Notes: a model not told the origin generated them from the sequence alone. A stretch of 64,000 bases of DNA from Eledone cirrhosa (GCA_964016885.1 OZ024743.1:194990001-195054000), one strand, 5' to 3'; positions 38,925 through 52,600 are shown, counted from the stretch's first letter. Program-made: numbers and translations.

Positions 38925-41900
38925 TGTTTTTCTGGTTTTATAATTTCACAAAGTTTTACCAATAGAGAGAGAGTCGGTTTCTAACATAGTTACAAGTCTC
39001 TCTTATTTGAATTTACACAACATGAACTAGCTAGATATGTATGCATGTCTGCATGCAAGCATATGTAGGTATGGATGTCATTGCATGTGTGGATGTGTAT
39101 GCCTTGAGTTGTATGTGTGCGTGTGTATAATCTTTGTATATGTACATGTGTATATGCAGTTATTAGATGCAACATTTTTGGAATTTTTTACATATTTTTA
39201 CTGTTCCATTAATGGATTGTACTTGTAATTTCCTAACTAGTTGTGTTCTTTCTGTTTCTGTGAAGCCCAGCTTCTCAAGATTTGTATTGAGGCAGTTACT
39301 AACATATCCCAGTGCCCCAATAATCACAGGCATAAATTTGAAGGTATAATCAGGGTGGAGTATCTGCAGATTTCTCATCAGTTCTGCATATATATTCTCC
39401 TTTTCGCTAATATTTGATATTATATTGGCATCTGCAGCTAACTTCCACTAGTGTGCATGCCTTCATTTCCCTGTCCCATATCATATCTGGTCTGTTATGA
39501 CTGCACTTTATTGGGGTTTTTACTGGAACATTCCACCAGTACTCTTTTGGCCACTACATCATGCCTCATAGGTAGATAGTACCGCGATGACATCTTTGGA
39601 CAGCTGTTTATGACATGGGTGACATCTTCGATGTTAATTCTGCAGAGTCTGCACTTGTTATCACATCTAGGTATTTTGCCTGCATCCCTATCTCTTTTGT
39701 GAATCAGGTTTTTCGTGTTGATTTCCTGTTCTTGGATTGCAAAACCGTATCCTTCAAAGTGGGAGCCAATATAGCGATTGTTGGTCCAAGAGAGACTACT
39801 TTCTTTATCTATATTACTCTCACTCTGGAGCTACCTAGCAACTTATCCATGCATGATTTCTTGCTGATAAGCATGCAGTTTTTCATCCATGGATTCACTG
39901 CGATACTGCTGACCGACTTCCCTGGGTGTGAGTTTTTGATTATCACACAGGGAATATCTTTCGAGGAGTTCCTTCCCAACTCTCATGATCTTATTCATGC
40001 TGATAGACCTGCTCGAGAGACGGGCTCCTACGCTTCGAGGTTCGTAGTTGTTGACGGAGGGATATGATGCGACATTCAAATACTGTGTGGACTGATGTTA
40101 GGCCTCTGCCTCCCTGCTTACGTTTCAAGTAAAGGCGGTCTACGAGGTGGGTCTGAAATGTTCCAGGACTGATGTAACAAAAGATTTATTTCATACCCAA
40201 ACTTCACACTAAGAGTTTTCTCCTGCAAAGTAACCCCTGGAATCTAATGCAGTTTTCCATCCTTTTCTGCCACGCATACATGCACTCCTGGAAGGATTCT
40301 TCCGGGATCTTTCGCAGTTCCGTCGTCACGGCCTTTTTGATGTCGTCCACGTCTTCAAGACGCTCGAGCATGTCCTAGCACACTTGCATGCGTCGAGCCT
40401 TCTGGTCATCGTTCAGCAGTTTTGGCACCATATTCGCGCACACTTTCCGCATGTCCAAATCTTCAGTGAGAATCTTCCAGATGCGGTCCCGATTCATGCC
40501 CAGCTCATTTGCCATCAGTCGAATAGTCAGCCAACGATCGCTACGCACCATCTGCCAGACGCGCTCAACGTTGACCTCAGTCCTGGTTGTTGAGGGCCTT
40601 CCGCTCCTGGGGTCATCTTCCACGTCCTCACGTCCTTCTTTAAACCTCTTGCACCACTCAGAAACACGTGAGCGTGACATCGTCTCATCTCCATACACAT
40701 GCTGCAGCAATCCCAGTGCTTTTGACGGAGTTTTCAAGTTTGTTCGTTGTTCTGTGCTCATTGCTTGACCAACTGAAACAGAGGACATGTATATAAAATT
40801 ATGAAGAAAAAGGTTTGATCGCTGCAGAGAGCTAAGATTACAGTTACATACTCCAGGGGTATTACTTTGAAGGAGAAAACTTTTAGTGTGAAGTTTGGGT
40901 TTGAAATAAATCTTTGGTGACATCAGTTCTGGAACTTTTCTGACACACCTCGTATGTCACTGTTGATGGGGAAGTTTCCGGTATTGTTTAGTATTTTTCG
41001 AGTTCTAACATCAATGGCTCGGATTTCGTCTATCATCCAATTGAGTATTCCAAACGTTGATGTCAGGACAGGCACAGCAAACACATTGTGAGCGACTGTT
41101 TTGTTTTGCGCAGAGAGTTCCGATGACCATATCTTTCTTAATCCGGTGTAGTATTTTTTACGTGTTCCTTATTACAGGTACCGTTATAGGATGTGTTCTC
41201 ATCTATCCCCAGGTATCTGTAACAATCCTCATCAGATATCGGTGAAACAGTTAGGCCATTGATGAGTGTTGCTAGATTGGGTTGTTGTTTTCCCCCGCTT
41301 TACAGTCATATATTAACATTTATCTTGGTCAAACTTCATTCCTATATTCTTTGAGAATGCTGTAACCAGGTCAAGATTTTTCTTCATCTAATCCATGTTC
41401 TTCGCATAGAGTTTCAGATCATCCACAAAGAAATCATGTGTTAGGTTCGTATTTCTGCCCTCCTGCGAGCCAATGATGTATCCTTCACATTTCTTGAGCA
41501 GAAAGGACAAAGAGTTTAATGACAGGATAAATAATATCACAGAGAGACTGTCTCCCTGAAATATACCCCTGTGATATTTTATTTTATCAGTGGAAATAGA
41601 GTCCTCTTTCTCTGTCTTTAACTTTAGGAGAGTAGCCCAAGAAGAAGACGTCTTCTCTATGACTCTGATAATAATTTCTGGGACTTTACCAAGTCGGAGG
41701 GCCTCTATCATTCATGAATGGGGCACAGAATCGAAAGCTTTCCTGTAGTTCAGCCAGACTGCAACCATATTCCTCCTAAGTTGTGGCACCTCCGACATCG
41801 CAGTTTAGTTGATTAGGAGTTGTTCAGCTCACCCCCAAACCCCTTTCTTTCCAGCTGCTTGTTCATCTGTGCTGATGTTATTATTTTCACAGTGATCTTG

Positions 41901-42108
41901 GAGGAATAGGTTCAGGCAGGCTGTATACATCTTATACATCAGGTTCTGGCATGCAATGGGTTGGTAGTTTTTTGCAAAATGGGCGTTTTTTGGTTCTTGG
42001 GGACCAGTAATGTTTGTGCTAATGTCAACCATTCTGGTATAAGTGTATCTACCTTAAGAACTTGAGGGTATAGGTCGGTAAGATACCTCCGATAGAATAT
42101 CATTTTTT
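38925..42108 (-). mobile_element. R4/Dong-clade non-LTR retrotransposon (RT, CCHC finger, restriction-like endonuclease), 5'-truncated and decayed
   Basis: NYQPIACQN; GIFQGDSLS..FFVDDLKLY; KCRLC..HVINSC..RHDVVA; HNRPD; PVIIGALG; (TATG)n at both ends. Confidence 0.88.
40143..40952 (-). mobile_element. Internally deleted mariner element nested in the R4 element
   Basis: TA-CGAGG..CCTCG-TA, ~100 bp imperfect TIRs; ORF 40375-40923 encodes the mariner HTH region (YGDETMSRSRVSEWCKRFKEGREDVEDDPRSGRP..VPKLL); most of the catalytic domain is missing. Confidence 0.92.
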
Positions 42109-42127
42109 TGTATGTATGTATGTATGT

Positions 42128-42590
42128 CTCATGGTCGGGTCGTCGGCTACCAAACTGGCAACCCCACCAAGCTTGCTTGGTGAGGAGAGTGATATTTGGA
42201 CAACCTGTGGGATGAAATACAGGACCAGGCAAACGGCGGAGGAACTCGCAAGAGTCAGCGGCCATCCAAATCATTTTTTTTACCTGGGAGTGAAAGGCCC
42301 CCAGTTGTCATAATGCCTTTCTAGGAGAGGGAAACTATGAACAAAAATACGGCTTCGGAAGTATCCGATGTTCTTGAGCAGTTTTCTTTTTCGGGTAGTA
42401 TTTTCGATGTTCAGAGAGTGGGATTGGTAGAGTACAAGGCTTTTCCCCACTTAAAAAAATCCTTCAAAGCACAGACACTGCTTGTTCAGGATCTGATACA
42501 GGTTCATGTGGCTAGCCGTAGCCTAAACGTGCACCAGTTTCTGTAATCTTACAAGCGATTGCAATATTCTTAGCAGAGTTTGCAGCCATC
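42128..42590 (+). mobile_element. Non-autonomous RTE-derived element, divergent subfamily
   Basis: Shares CATGGTCGGGTCG..AAACTGGCAACCCCACC head and GCAGCCATCAT+(TATG)n end with copies 1-2. Confidence 0.72.
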
Positions 42591-42606
42591 ATGTATGTAT
42601 GTATGT

Positions 42607-43572
42607 TCTTCTGGTTTTATAATTTCACAAATTTTTGCCAATTGAGAGAGTCGTTTTCTAACATAGATACAAGTCCCTTTCATTGGAATTTACACAACAT
42701 CAACTAGGTAGATATGTATGTATGTCTGCATGCATGTCAGCATGCATGTGTGTGCAGGTATGGATGTTATTGTATGTGTGGATGTGAATGTTTGAGTTGT
42801 ATGTGTGCATGTGCATATGCAGTTATTAGATGAAGAATTTTTGGAATGTTTATGCATATTTTTAATGTTTCATTAATGGATTGTACCTGTAATTTGCTAA
42901 CTAGTCGTGTTCTTTCTGTTTCTGCGAAACCCTGCCTGAGATTTGTATTCATGCAATTACTATCATATCCAATTGTCCCAATAATCACAGGTATAAATCT
43001 GAAGGTACAGTCAGGGTGGAGTATCTGCAGATTTCTCATTAGATTTCTCATTAGATCTGCATAGATATTCTCTTTTTCGCTAATCTTTGATATATTGGCA
43101 TCTGCTGTGCAGCTAAGTTCCACTACTGTGCATGCCTTCTTTTCCCTGTCTCATATAATAATATCTGGTCTGTTATGCTTACATTTTTGGGGTATTTTAC
43201 TGGAAAATTCCACCAATACTCTTTCATATTATGTATGTATATGTCTTCCACATTGCTGTAAAATTTAATGTATTTATTGTTGGGGCTATCTTTTCTAGGG
43301 ATTGCAATGTACAGTGTTTTGGCCACTACATCATACCTCATAGGTAGATAGTAGCGCAATGACATCTTTGGACAGCTGCTTATGACATGCTTATGACATA
43401 TTCGATGTTAATTCTGCAGAGTCTGCAATTGTTGTCACATCTAGTTGTTTTTCTTGCCTCCCTATCTCTTTTGTGAATCAGGTATTTTGTATTGATTTCC
43501 TGTTCTTGGATCGCAAAAGCGTATCCTTCAAAATGGAAGCCAATATAGCGGTTGATGGTTCAAGAAAGACTT
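42607..43572 (-). mobile_element. R4/Dong-clade element, third 3' fragment
   Basis: ORFs 42767-43365 (RYYLPMRYDVVAK, EYWWNFPV, PVIIGTIG); same 3' UTR; (TATG)n flanks. Confidence 0.85.
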
Positions 43573-43774
43573 GTATGTATGTATATATGCATGTATGGTC
43601 TTGTAGCTCTTGATAGATTTGTAGGAGCACCGCATTGACATACAGTGTTTCTTGGGCATGGTAGGCCTGGCAGCGCCCATCCCAATCCCTCTCCAGGCCT
43701 GAGTACAGAGAAAGATAGAAAGTGAGGCAGAGGAAATGAGAAAGCGATATAGAGGAAGAATCGACCTCAGTATT

Positions 43775-44072
43775 AGATTGGTACTTTTTTTATCGACCTC
43801 GAAAGGATGAAAGGCAAAGTTGACCCCTGCGGTATTTGAACTCAGAAAGCAGAAAGTAGTGAATATTTGCATACATTTATAGACAGCCTGGCAGTATCGG
43901 TAGAGGGTCGGACACCAATCTTTGACGCATAGAGTTACGGCCCTTGCCATTCTGAGTTCAAATCCCGCCGAGGTTAACTTTGCCTTTCATCCTTACGGGG
44001 TCGATAAAAAAAAGTACCAGTAATGTACTGGGATAATTCCTGGCCTTGTGCCAAAAGTAGTAACAATTATTG
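43775..44072. mobile_element. Two SINEs in opposite orientation (minus fragment 43775-43850; near-full plus copy 43888-44072)
   Basis: Consensus SINE motifs. Confidence 0.88.
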
Positions 44073-44971
44073 TTGTTAGTTGGCAAATGTTTTTCGATCA
44101 ACACTTATACATTTCTAACGTTGTTGATCTTTACATTGTTGTTAAGGAGTCAGTTGATTCAGATGTTTTTTTTCTTTCCTCGAATTATGTGCACGGTGTT
44201 GTTATATATATTCAAGTTTTACTCTAAATATGTTTTTTTTTTACTTAATGCATCATTATATGAATTTATAACGTAATGTTTTTTTTTCATCGCAACATAC
44301 ACTGAATAGTCTCTTAATATGTTTAACTAGATATTTTGTTTTTAAGATAATAGTTAGAATTATGTGTGACTGGCTATAATGATAACACTTTCTAGGAAAT
44401 AAATCTAAATATAATATCGTTAGTTATAATATCTAAACATAATATCGCTGTATGTGTTTTCTTTTTCCTTCTAATTTACTTTCATATCATAATACATATT
44501 CAGACAAATGTATTTATACATTTTTCGTGTAAAATAAAAAATTAAAAACTTCTATATTTGTTTCGACTACCGTTCTTTCAACTTTCCTTCACAATAACCC
44601 ACCCCACCCCCACCCCTCACCCGCTCTCTCTCGTGGACGCAAGCTATATGTTTGATTAAGAAATTTATTTCGCACCACATGGTAATATTTGGATCTTCTA
44701 GCCATGACTGAGTATGAAAACTGTATAAAGATCGTTGGATGAACTGTAATTCAAAAGTCGATCCTTGTCAAATTACATCATACTTATTCAGCTTAGGTAT
44801 TGTGTTAAACAAACATATGTCTATTTAACAAATAGTACATTCACTTAATCGAAAAACAATGTTTGGAGTCAAAATTGTATAACATAACTACTTCTGACTC
44901 AGACAATTTTATTGATAGTCGCTCCTCTATTTTTTCCGTGTTCAGTTATTTTATACTCCTAAATAAATAAC

Positions 44972-45172
44972 TGTCTCTACTTTAGTCAAAAGGCCTGCAA
45001 TTTTGGGTGAAGGGAACATCGATTAAATCTACCCTGGTGCTTTATTTATCGACCCCGTATTGGTGAAAAACAATGCTAACCAAGGCAGAATTTGAGCTCA
45101 GAACGTAAAGGGCCATACTTCTATTCCATAAAGCATATTATCCGACTCTCTAGCGATACTGCCAATCCACCG
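44972..45172 (-). mobile_element. SINE, full length, diverged
   Basis: Reverse complement of head, body and tail. Confidence 0.8.
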
Positions 45173-45514
45173 AACTTCCTCTTAAATAAGTAAAAAACAA
45201 AGGCACGATACTTAGTTCACCGACATTCTGCCTTGATTTCAGAGGCCATTTAAATTCGTTTCTCTTCGATAACCGCCTTTTTACTCTCACACTGTTTATT
45301 CCCTTTTGCCAGTACCGTGCATTGTTCACAAAAGTAAACTACTTTCCCTTTCCCTTCTAAGATACAATCTCTTTACAAACAACCTCTGTCCAAAAATGTC
45401 GCCATTTATTCTAATATTCATTCGCATGATTTTTGTTTTTTTAATTTTACTTTCACCTTCTCTATACCCTCGTTGTCTCTTTCATTTGACGCATTCTTTT
45501 CCGTTTTCATTTTC

Positions 45515-45631
45515 GTCTTCTTTTTTCTTTTTTCTTTTTTCTTTTTTCTTTTTTCTTTTTTCTTTTTTCTTTTTTCTTTTTTCTTTTTTCTTCAACGTCT
45601 TATTCTTTTTCTTCTCGTCATCGTCCCTCTC

Positions 45632-45662
<31 letters not shown>

Positions 45663-45665
45663 CTC
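45515..45665. repeat. (TTTTTC/TTTTTTC)n and (TCTA)n simple repeats
   Basis: Directly visible. Confidence 0.9.
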
Positions 45666-45841
45666 TGAAAGATTAATCTTTTAATGTCTTGTGCATGATG
45701 CATTATATTACCAGCTTCAATATTTAATAAGACTTCGGTATGGATCCAAAACTTTTTATTTGTGATCATTTTCAGTAGATAAAGATATGTCTTATCCTAA
45801 ACATTGATCTGTTCAAGTATGAAACCAGGCTGTATCTAATG

Positions 45842-45875
<34 letters not shown>

Positions 45876-46364
45876 AATATATATATTCGACTGATACAGA
45901 GCTCTCTCATCTTTCAATAATTAGTACGCTACACACACTCACACACACACACCTGTGCGCGTGTGCCTGTATATATTTTGGTCTCTGGTTATGTACATAA
46001 CACCATTCCATATTCATTAAATTGAAGATTATTCTAAAAGTTACGAATGCTATTATCCAAATTTTACTAACATGCTTATGAATTTTTCATAGATTTTATT
46101 CTTATCTAAATTGTGCCACTACAATATTGAATCAGCATACAAGTCCCAATATAATATATGTATATATTGGAAAATTGTTTACTTAAAGCTATTTTTTCAA
46201 ATATAATTAACTTTGGTTTTTCCCAACGCAATATTACGTTCGGTAACGTGTATTATTTATTAATTTCAAAGATTTAGAGACAGATCAACAATTGAAACAA
46301 ACTATAGGCAATAACATGTAATCTCCCCTCACACATTTTATCATAAGACACTGCTAATTTGTTA

Positions 46365-46706
46365 TTCTTCTTCTTCCCCAACTTATTGCTGAGAGTGCCG
46401 TTGGGGCAGAGTCCTCAAAAACTCCTCCTAGCGGGTCCTATCAGAAGCAACCGTCTCCAAGTGATCCGGCTGGATTCCCAGGTGTGACCAGCCAATCTCA
46501 TGGATGTAAACCAACAATCTCGTTCGAGGTCTAACGCTGGGACTCTTGCCGGTTGGTTTTGCCCGTAAAATACAATCTAGCCACATTGTATTGGAGCTGT
46601 GATCGCTCAATTCGGAGATGTAGCGTCTCTACCTGGAGTGATCTATGCACAATGAATCCCATATTGGCCGCTTGTATTCATGATCGTATTCTTTCGGTCA
46701 TTACTC
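46365..46706 (-). pseudogene. RTE (Rex3/Expander-like) LINE 3' fragment
   Basis: VMTERIRS*IQAANM..LRIERSQL..PTGKSPSVRPRTR..LGIQP; short (AAG)n tail. Confidence 0.75.
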
Positions 46707-48634
46707 TTTTGTTCTTCTTAAGAAAAATACCAGCCTAGATGGACATTGTGATTTCACGATAATTACAACTATGTATACATCATATGTTCTCCCTTGTCTT
46801 TCATATTTTACACCCTTCTTTTCTTGCACCACTTTAATATTTCTTTACTAAGGTAGCGTCAGTTCAACAAACAGAGGATTTTTCTTATATTAGTAAGTGT
46901 TACTGCAATATCACTTTGGAATTCGATTGACCATCCTTAACACCAACTACTTACATATTCCAATCATTAGCACCATATATAAATGTGGCTATCAGTGTTT
47001 TCCTCCGTTTATCATCCTGTCTTCTCTCCCCCCATCTTCTTTCTAGAATAGTATCTGCTACAACTTTGTGTTGGCTCCTATTGTATAGACTCTGGTGCGT
47101 GGCTGTTAAGTGCTTCATCATAAATACTCAGGAATTATTTATACTATCATGCATCTTCTGCTCTCAGTATATTTTCCATTGCTACCTGACAACAATCAGT
47201 ATTATCATGTTCTCCTTTCCAGTGCGGGGATTGATATGCATGGTGTACCTTTGTTATTAGCACAACATGCTTACTTTGTTCAACTGCATTACATTTTGCT
47301 CCTACTTTCACGCTGTTTTATTAAACCCTCATCTTCTTTAATATAATGAATTTCATGGGCCACAATATATCAGTTACTTTTGCTATTCTGAAATGATCTC
47401 CGATCTCCAATCTATGTTCGACAGCGGATCTGTCACTTGTTTCATTTTCAGGGCGGTCTCTGCCAACTAAATACAATTTCTTATGCTCGATTTCCTTCCT
47501 GTTAACTCTATTGACTGACCCGACCTCACAATCACAATAGGATCCAGCGTATCATGTAGAATTATGTAGTAAACAGCTTTCCTACAATAAGCGCCTGATG
47601 TAAATGGCAGCTGGAGTTTCACAGTATCACTCACAAAGCGCGACCCTTGTAAAGCATGACGGAAGACGATGTTACTCTTGCAAGAACTTGCTAGCACTTA
47701 CACATATTTATGAAATTATAAACACATACGCATACATGCATACATGAATACATACATTACACCACACACACACACACAGAGACACATGCACATACACCCA
47801 CACACCCACTGTTCATCTTTGTATGCCTAATGCATTGCTGGTGTGGAAGATTTCGTTTCTAACATTGAAGATTTTGATAAGTAAGGTAAATTCGTAACAC
47901 TTGGGTGTGTTTAATATCAAATTTCATAGGAATTTAAAAATATTATTCATTTAGTTCATATATTTATCTATATACAAAAGGAATTGTATACTATATACAC
48001 GAGCGTGAAACATAACGAGTGTCGATTCAGAAGTTGCAGAAGAATAAAAAGATTTTCAACGAAGTGATCGAATATAATGTTGACAGTTGACAAGTCAACC
48101 AGTTGTATGAAAACATCTAAATCAATAAAGTTCATAGTAGTTTAACAAGTCTTTCAATGTGCTCATCACTCATGTATCACATCAACACACTCCCTCTGAA
48201 TTATTATATATTTCATTGGTTTTGTAAGGGACGAGCGCTACGATGTTAAATTTTAAAAAAACATGATATTTTATTCCTTAGATACTTGAAACTATAGTTT
48301 GATTTTTAATGATTGTAAATTTTGGTGATAACTTATGTTACTTAGTATTAAGATGTCACTTGTTAATACAACGACATCCAGCTGAGAACAATTCTATAGT
48401 AATTTTGTTTCAAAGGTTAGATATATTTCTTTGCCAGACTAAACAGAATATATAGTTCATTATTAGCCATTTTACCAAATTCCACATATTTGCACGCCTC
48501 GTGAATGGAGTGGTTTCAGCAATTAGAATAATTTCCTTCGGAAAATATATCTCAAGTTCTTAACAATGGAATAATGATACTTGCTTCAAGCAACGTTATC
48601 AATGTTTATATAACAATAAAAGTAGAGATCATTA

Positions 48635-49032
48635 GATTTCTACTTTAGGCACAAGACCAGCAATTTGAAGGGGAGGGAAAGTCAATTAAATCAATCTCAA
48701 TGCATTACTGGTACTTTATTTTATCGACCCAGTAAGGATGAAAGGCAAAGCTCACATCGGCAGGATTTTAACTCAGAATGTAAAGGGCCATAACTCTATG
48801 ATGCAGAGCATAGTGTCTGACGATGTATCTATATTGGTTTAGTCAAAAGGCAAACAATTTTGGGGGAGGGGAAAGTCAATTAAATCGACCCCACTACGTT
48901 ACTGGTACTTTATTTTATCGATCCCTTAATGATGAAAGGCAAAGCAAACTTCGGCTTGATTTGAACTCAGAATGTGAAAGGACGTACCTCTATACCCCGA
49001 AGCAAGGTGTCCGACGCTCTACCGATACTGTC
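48635..49032 (-). mobile_element. Two tandem SINE copies
   Basis: Reverse-complement SINE motifs occur twice. Confidence 0.82.
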
Positions 49033-49037
49033 AATTA

Positions 49038-49735
49038 TTTCTTTATTAACCACCCACGGCTTACATCACGAAAACATTGAAAGGGAAGGTATAATGTGGC
49101 TTTCTCCGTATAAGAAAATTCGAACAAAAGAAAATTCCCCAATGGAGGTGTTTTCAGAAAATCACTCGTATTGAAAATCTCCCCAAAAAGCCTCTACAAA
49201 CCTGACCACCAAAGCAAGTGGCCCCTCCCATTGCCTTCCTCCAATCTACAGGTGCATACTCTAAGCAGGCCCTTTCACCCTGACCCTGCTCGTCATGCAT
49301 ATTCTACTTTATACAAACTACCTAGTAGGTAGCAATTCGATCTCCATCCTAATTTTCTTCTTCAAATGAAAGCTGAAAAAAATTGACCGGGCTTCGCAAA
49401 AGAGGAAAGTGCTTATCTTCAACCCTTTCAGGCGTGGATGCCATTGGCACTACGCAGACAAAAACACTCTGCCTCTCCTGGCTAAAGGCAAGCTCCGGGG
49501 CGATCTTCACTTAGCTCCTAGCCGAATTCGTCCTACACTTGACAGCAGGTGTTCGAAATATATCCACAAATCCGGCTTGAACAAGGGACGAGTGATGGTT
49601 ACATCGATCTGCACGCTCTCCTCCAGTGACTGAGCATTGCTGACTTGAGGTTTTATATCGAACTCCTTCCGTCACGTGTAAGATGAGCCCTGCTATGAGC
49701 TGAGTCCACCGCCTTCCGTTAGCCAGGAAGAGCAG
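49038..49735 (-). mobile_element. L1/Tx1-like 3' fragment
   Basis: Similar to 5405-5650; ends GTGGTTAATAAAGAAA on minus; ORF-end relic FFSFHLKKKIRME. Confidence 0.6.
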
Positions 49736-49795
49736 ACTGTTTTTATATATAATCTGTTTTATATATAATCTGTTTTTATATATATATATATATAT

Positions 49796-50141
49796 ATTAG
49801 TATCAGTGCTCTGAAATAGCAATGTATGTATGAATGTATTAGTATATTTGATAATATACTGTATATTTATTTTAAAACATTTTGAAGACCATTCGCTATG
49901 AGGTTTAAAGTAATGACTATGTCATTTACTTTGTCTAGGCAAAAATAGACGGAAGCAACAGACAGCTGTTTCTCGTTTGTTAACGGTTATCAAGATTGCT
50001 TATCGACTCGCTTCTGCCGAGACTTATCGAAGCTGGATTCTTATAGAATTCCAGTGATGTTTAAGAGCTGATTAAGCAGAGCAGTTGCCGGTTCCAGCAA
50101 AAATTAGAAATTAGTATTAGTGCTCTGAAATAGCGATGTAT
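49796..50141 (-). mobile_element. ~314 bp unit with short terminal direct repeat and decayed hammerhead
   Basis: ATTAGTAT(C/T)AGTGCTCTGAAATAGC(A/G)ATGTAT at 49796 and 50110; minus GCAATC-TTGATAA-CCGTT-AACA-AACGA-GAAA-CAGCTG-TC-TGTTGC at 49955-49999. Confidence 0.6.
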
Positions 50142-50171
50142 AGGAAAAGAGTCAGGACCCCGACGGCTGAG

Positions 50172-50203
<32 letters not shown>

Positions 50204-51834
50204 ATACGTATATATACGTATATATACAATGAGATACTATTTTTCATCAATTCGATGAAATTTATCTTGGATGATATGCACTACGTTTGAAGCTCCATGA
50301 TTCTAAAAATGAGGATTATGAGTTCCAAATCTAAGGCGAAATATTTCCAACCAAGACCTTATAATAATTGATTAATATATTGGAGTAGTTCTGTATGAAC
50401 AACGTTGAAAATAGGACTAAGCTAATTACTTGCCTCTATGACACATGAGGTTGATGATAGTCTCATAAACCTCTTCTTAAATATTCATAAGAAGTGGAAG
50501 AGGCTTTGCATATCTTCCCAAGCTAGATTTTGGTGGGCGATGCTTAGATGAAATGCTTAGATGGAAATTACATGTTGTATTATAACATTTTACGTTGAAT
50601 TTAGAAGTAGTTTACTGTTCAACCGAACAGTAAACTACTATAGTATGATTAGTACACATAACGTGTACTATAGTATGATTAGTACACATAATGGAATATT
50701 GCATGTGTTTCAAACATGTTTATGTTTGGTTAGTGTGATATTGTGTGTAAATTAAGTAAACTTCCGAATCTACTAACTTCAGTTTCTCTAAATCTTTCGA
50801 AGCTACAGATGTATGTATCCATTAAGAATACGATGCGTTTCTTAACAAGCTATAAAGTAACAAGCTATAAAGTTAATAAAATTACGAATTAGTTGTTGAA
50901 ATTATGGCGTCAAAGCTCAGAATGATTAATTATCGACATTTCTCTTCACTAAAATGAAGTATCTGATTCATAGTAATGGTATTAAATGCGTTGTGAAGTC
51001 ATGAAATTTCCGTAATAGCGTTGGTATTGTGGTTTTTATTCATACCTATGTCTGAATTCTTTGATCAGATTATGACCAAAGGCATTCAGTCAGTAACGAC
51101 TACAACTGCATTTTCCTATATTTCCTTACCTTTTTAAAGAAGAGAGTGGGTAAATTTGGATGATATTTCTAACAGATAGTATGACTGGCAATAGATATTG
51201 ATAACAATTGCGAAGTGAAATATTTGTCACAGGCGGCTTAGAATGGATTAGTTTTGTGTAATCACAATCTTATCACTGTAGAAGAAGAATGACATAGGCT
51301 ATTACAAAATATCAGCGAAGTGATATAGTACAAGTAATAGTACTGGTATTAATTTGTCGACACTAAATCCCGGTCAGTTTGAAAGTAAAGAAAAACAAAT
51401 AGGCAAGTCCCTCTTCTTCCTTGCATTGTAAGTTTAATGTACTTTTCTATAGTAGCGTAATTGAATTGGTTCAAAAGAGAATTGAAAGCACTCCAGGGTC
51501 AGAATTTATGCTAGCCTAGGTATTACAAATTACAGCAGGTATTACAAGCTGCAAAGCTATTAACTTTACAGAAATTAATTTTGAACGTCTCTACTAGAAT
51601 ATTGTACATGTCCATAAATTGTTGAGTTCTCAACATTATAGAGATATCTCTAGACAAATCTTCAGTAATAATTATCTCATTTAAAAGTAATAATATTAAA
51701 TGATAAATAGTCGGAGTTAACAAGTCATCACGTGATTCTTAGTATTATATACACACAGAATATAAGTGTTGGGTTTGGAAAATCTGTACAATATTGAACA
51801 TAATGGATTGCGCTATTTATTCGAAGTATCTACA

Positions 51835-52600
51835 ATCTTTGTTCAAATCCTGCCGCGGTCAACTTTGCTATTCATTCTTCCGGGGCCGATAAAATAAAAT
51901 AACATTTAAGTACTGGGGTAGATATAATCGGGTTTTCTCTTCTCGTATATTGCTGGCCTTGCGACTATGTTAGATTGAAAACATTACAAATAGTCGGCGA
52001 AATAGTACATGCTTATATTACTATTATTTCAAAAAAAACATTGCTTTTGAGAATTCAGTCTTCAACGGCACTCTTTCAGTCGTAATGCTTATTTGCCGTT
52101 GACTTCGAATCTGGTCAAACTAACTTTGCATTTTATCCTTCCGAGATCGATAAAATAAGTCCAAAACAATCAGGTTAATTGATGTGCAGTTTATATTAAA
52201 CACCACTATTTGTGAACTATAGCAGTGTTGGAATGGCAAAATTTCGTTTTGCCTTTCTGCCTTCCGATGACGATAAAATAAAGTACTATCAAATATTGGG
52301 ATTGATTTCATTGACCCCCCCCCCCCCCCCCAAAAAAAAAATTGCTGGCCTTGTGCCTATATTATCATTATTAGCTGAGAAAGAAGGTGGTGGATTGTTT
52401 GTGTCGGAGAAAATGCTTTGCGGCATTTAGTTGTGGCTTCTTACTTTCTCAGATCATATCCCGGTGAGATTAGCTTTGCCTTTCATTCTTTCGGAGTCGA
52501 TAAAATAAAGTAACAGTCACGTTATGTGGTCAATGTAAACAAATTACTCTCTCCTCCACAAATTTTTGGCCTTGTGCTTGAATTAGAAATCCTTATTAGT
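51835..52600 (+). mobile_element. Cluster of ~4 degenerate SINE copies
   Basis: Repeated body and tail motifs. Confidence 0.75.

Noticed and set aside
46740-47700. Hydrophobic plus-strand ORFs as a GPCR exon
   Set aside because: Multiple stops and no GPCR motifs; more likely the antisense of a decayed LINE
50632-50692. 30 bp tandem duplication (also 15 bp at ~50843 and 17 bp x3 at ~49737)
   Set aside because: Ordinary local slippage duplications; no spacers, not CRISPR-like
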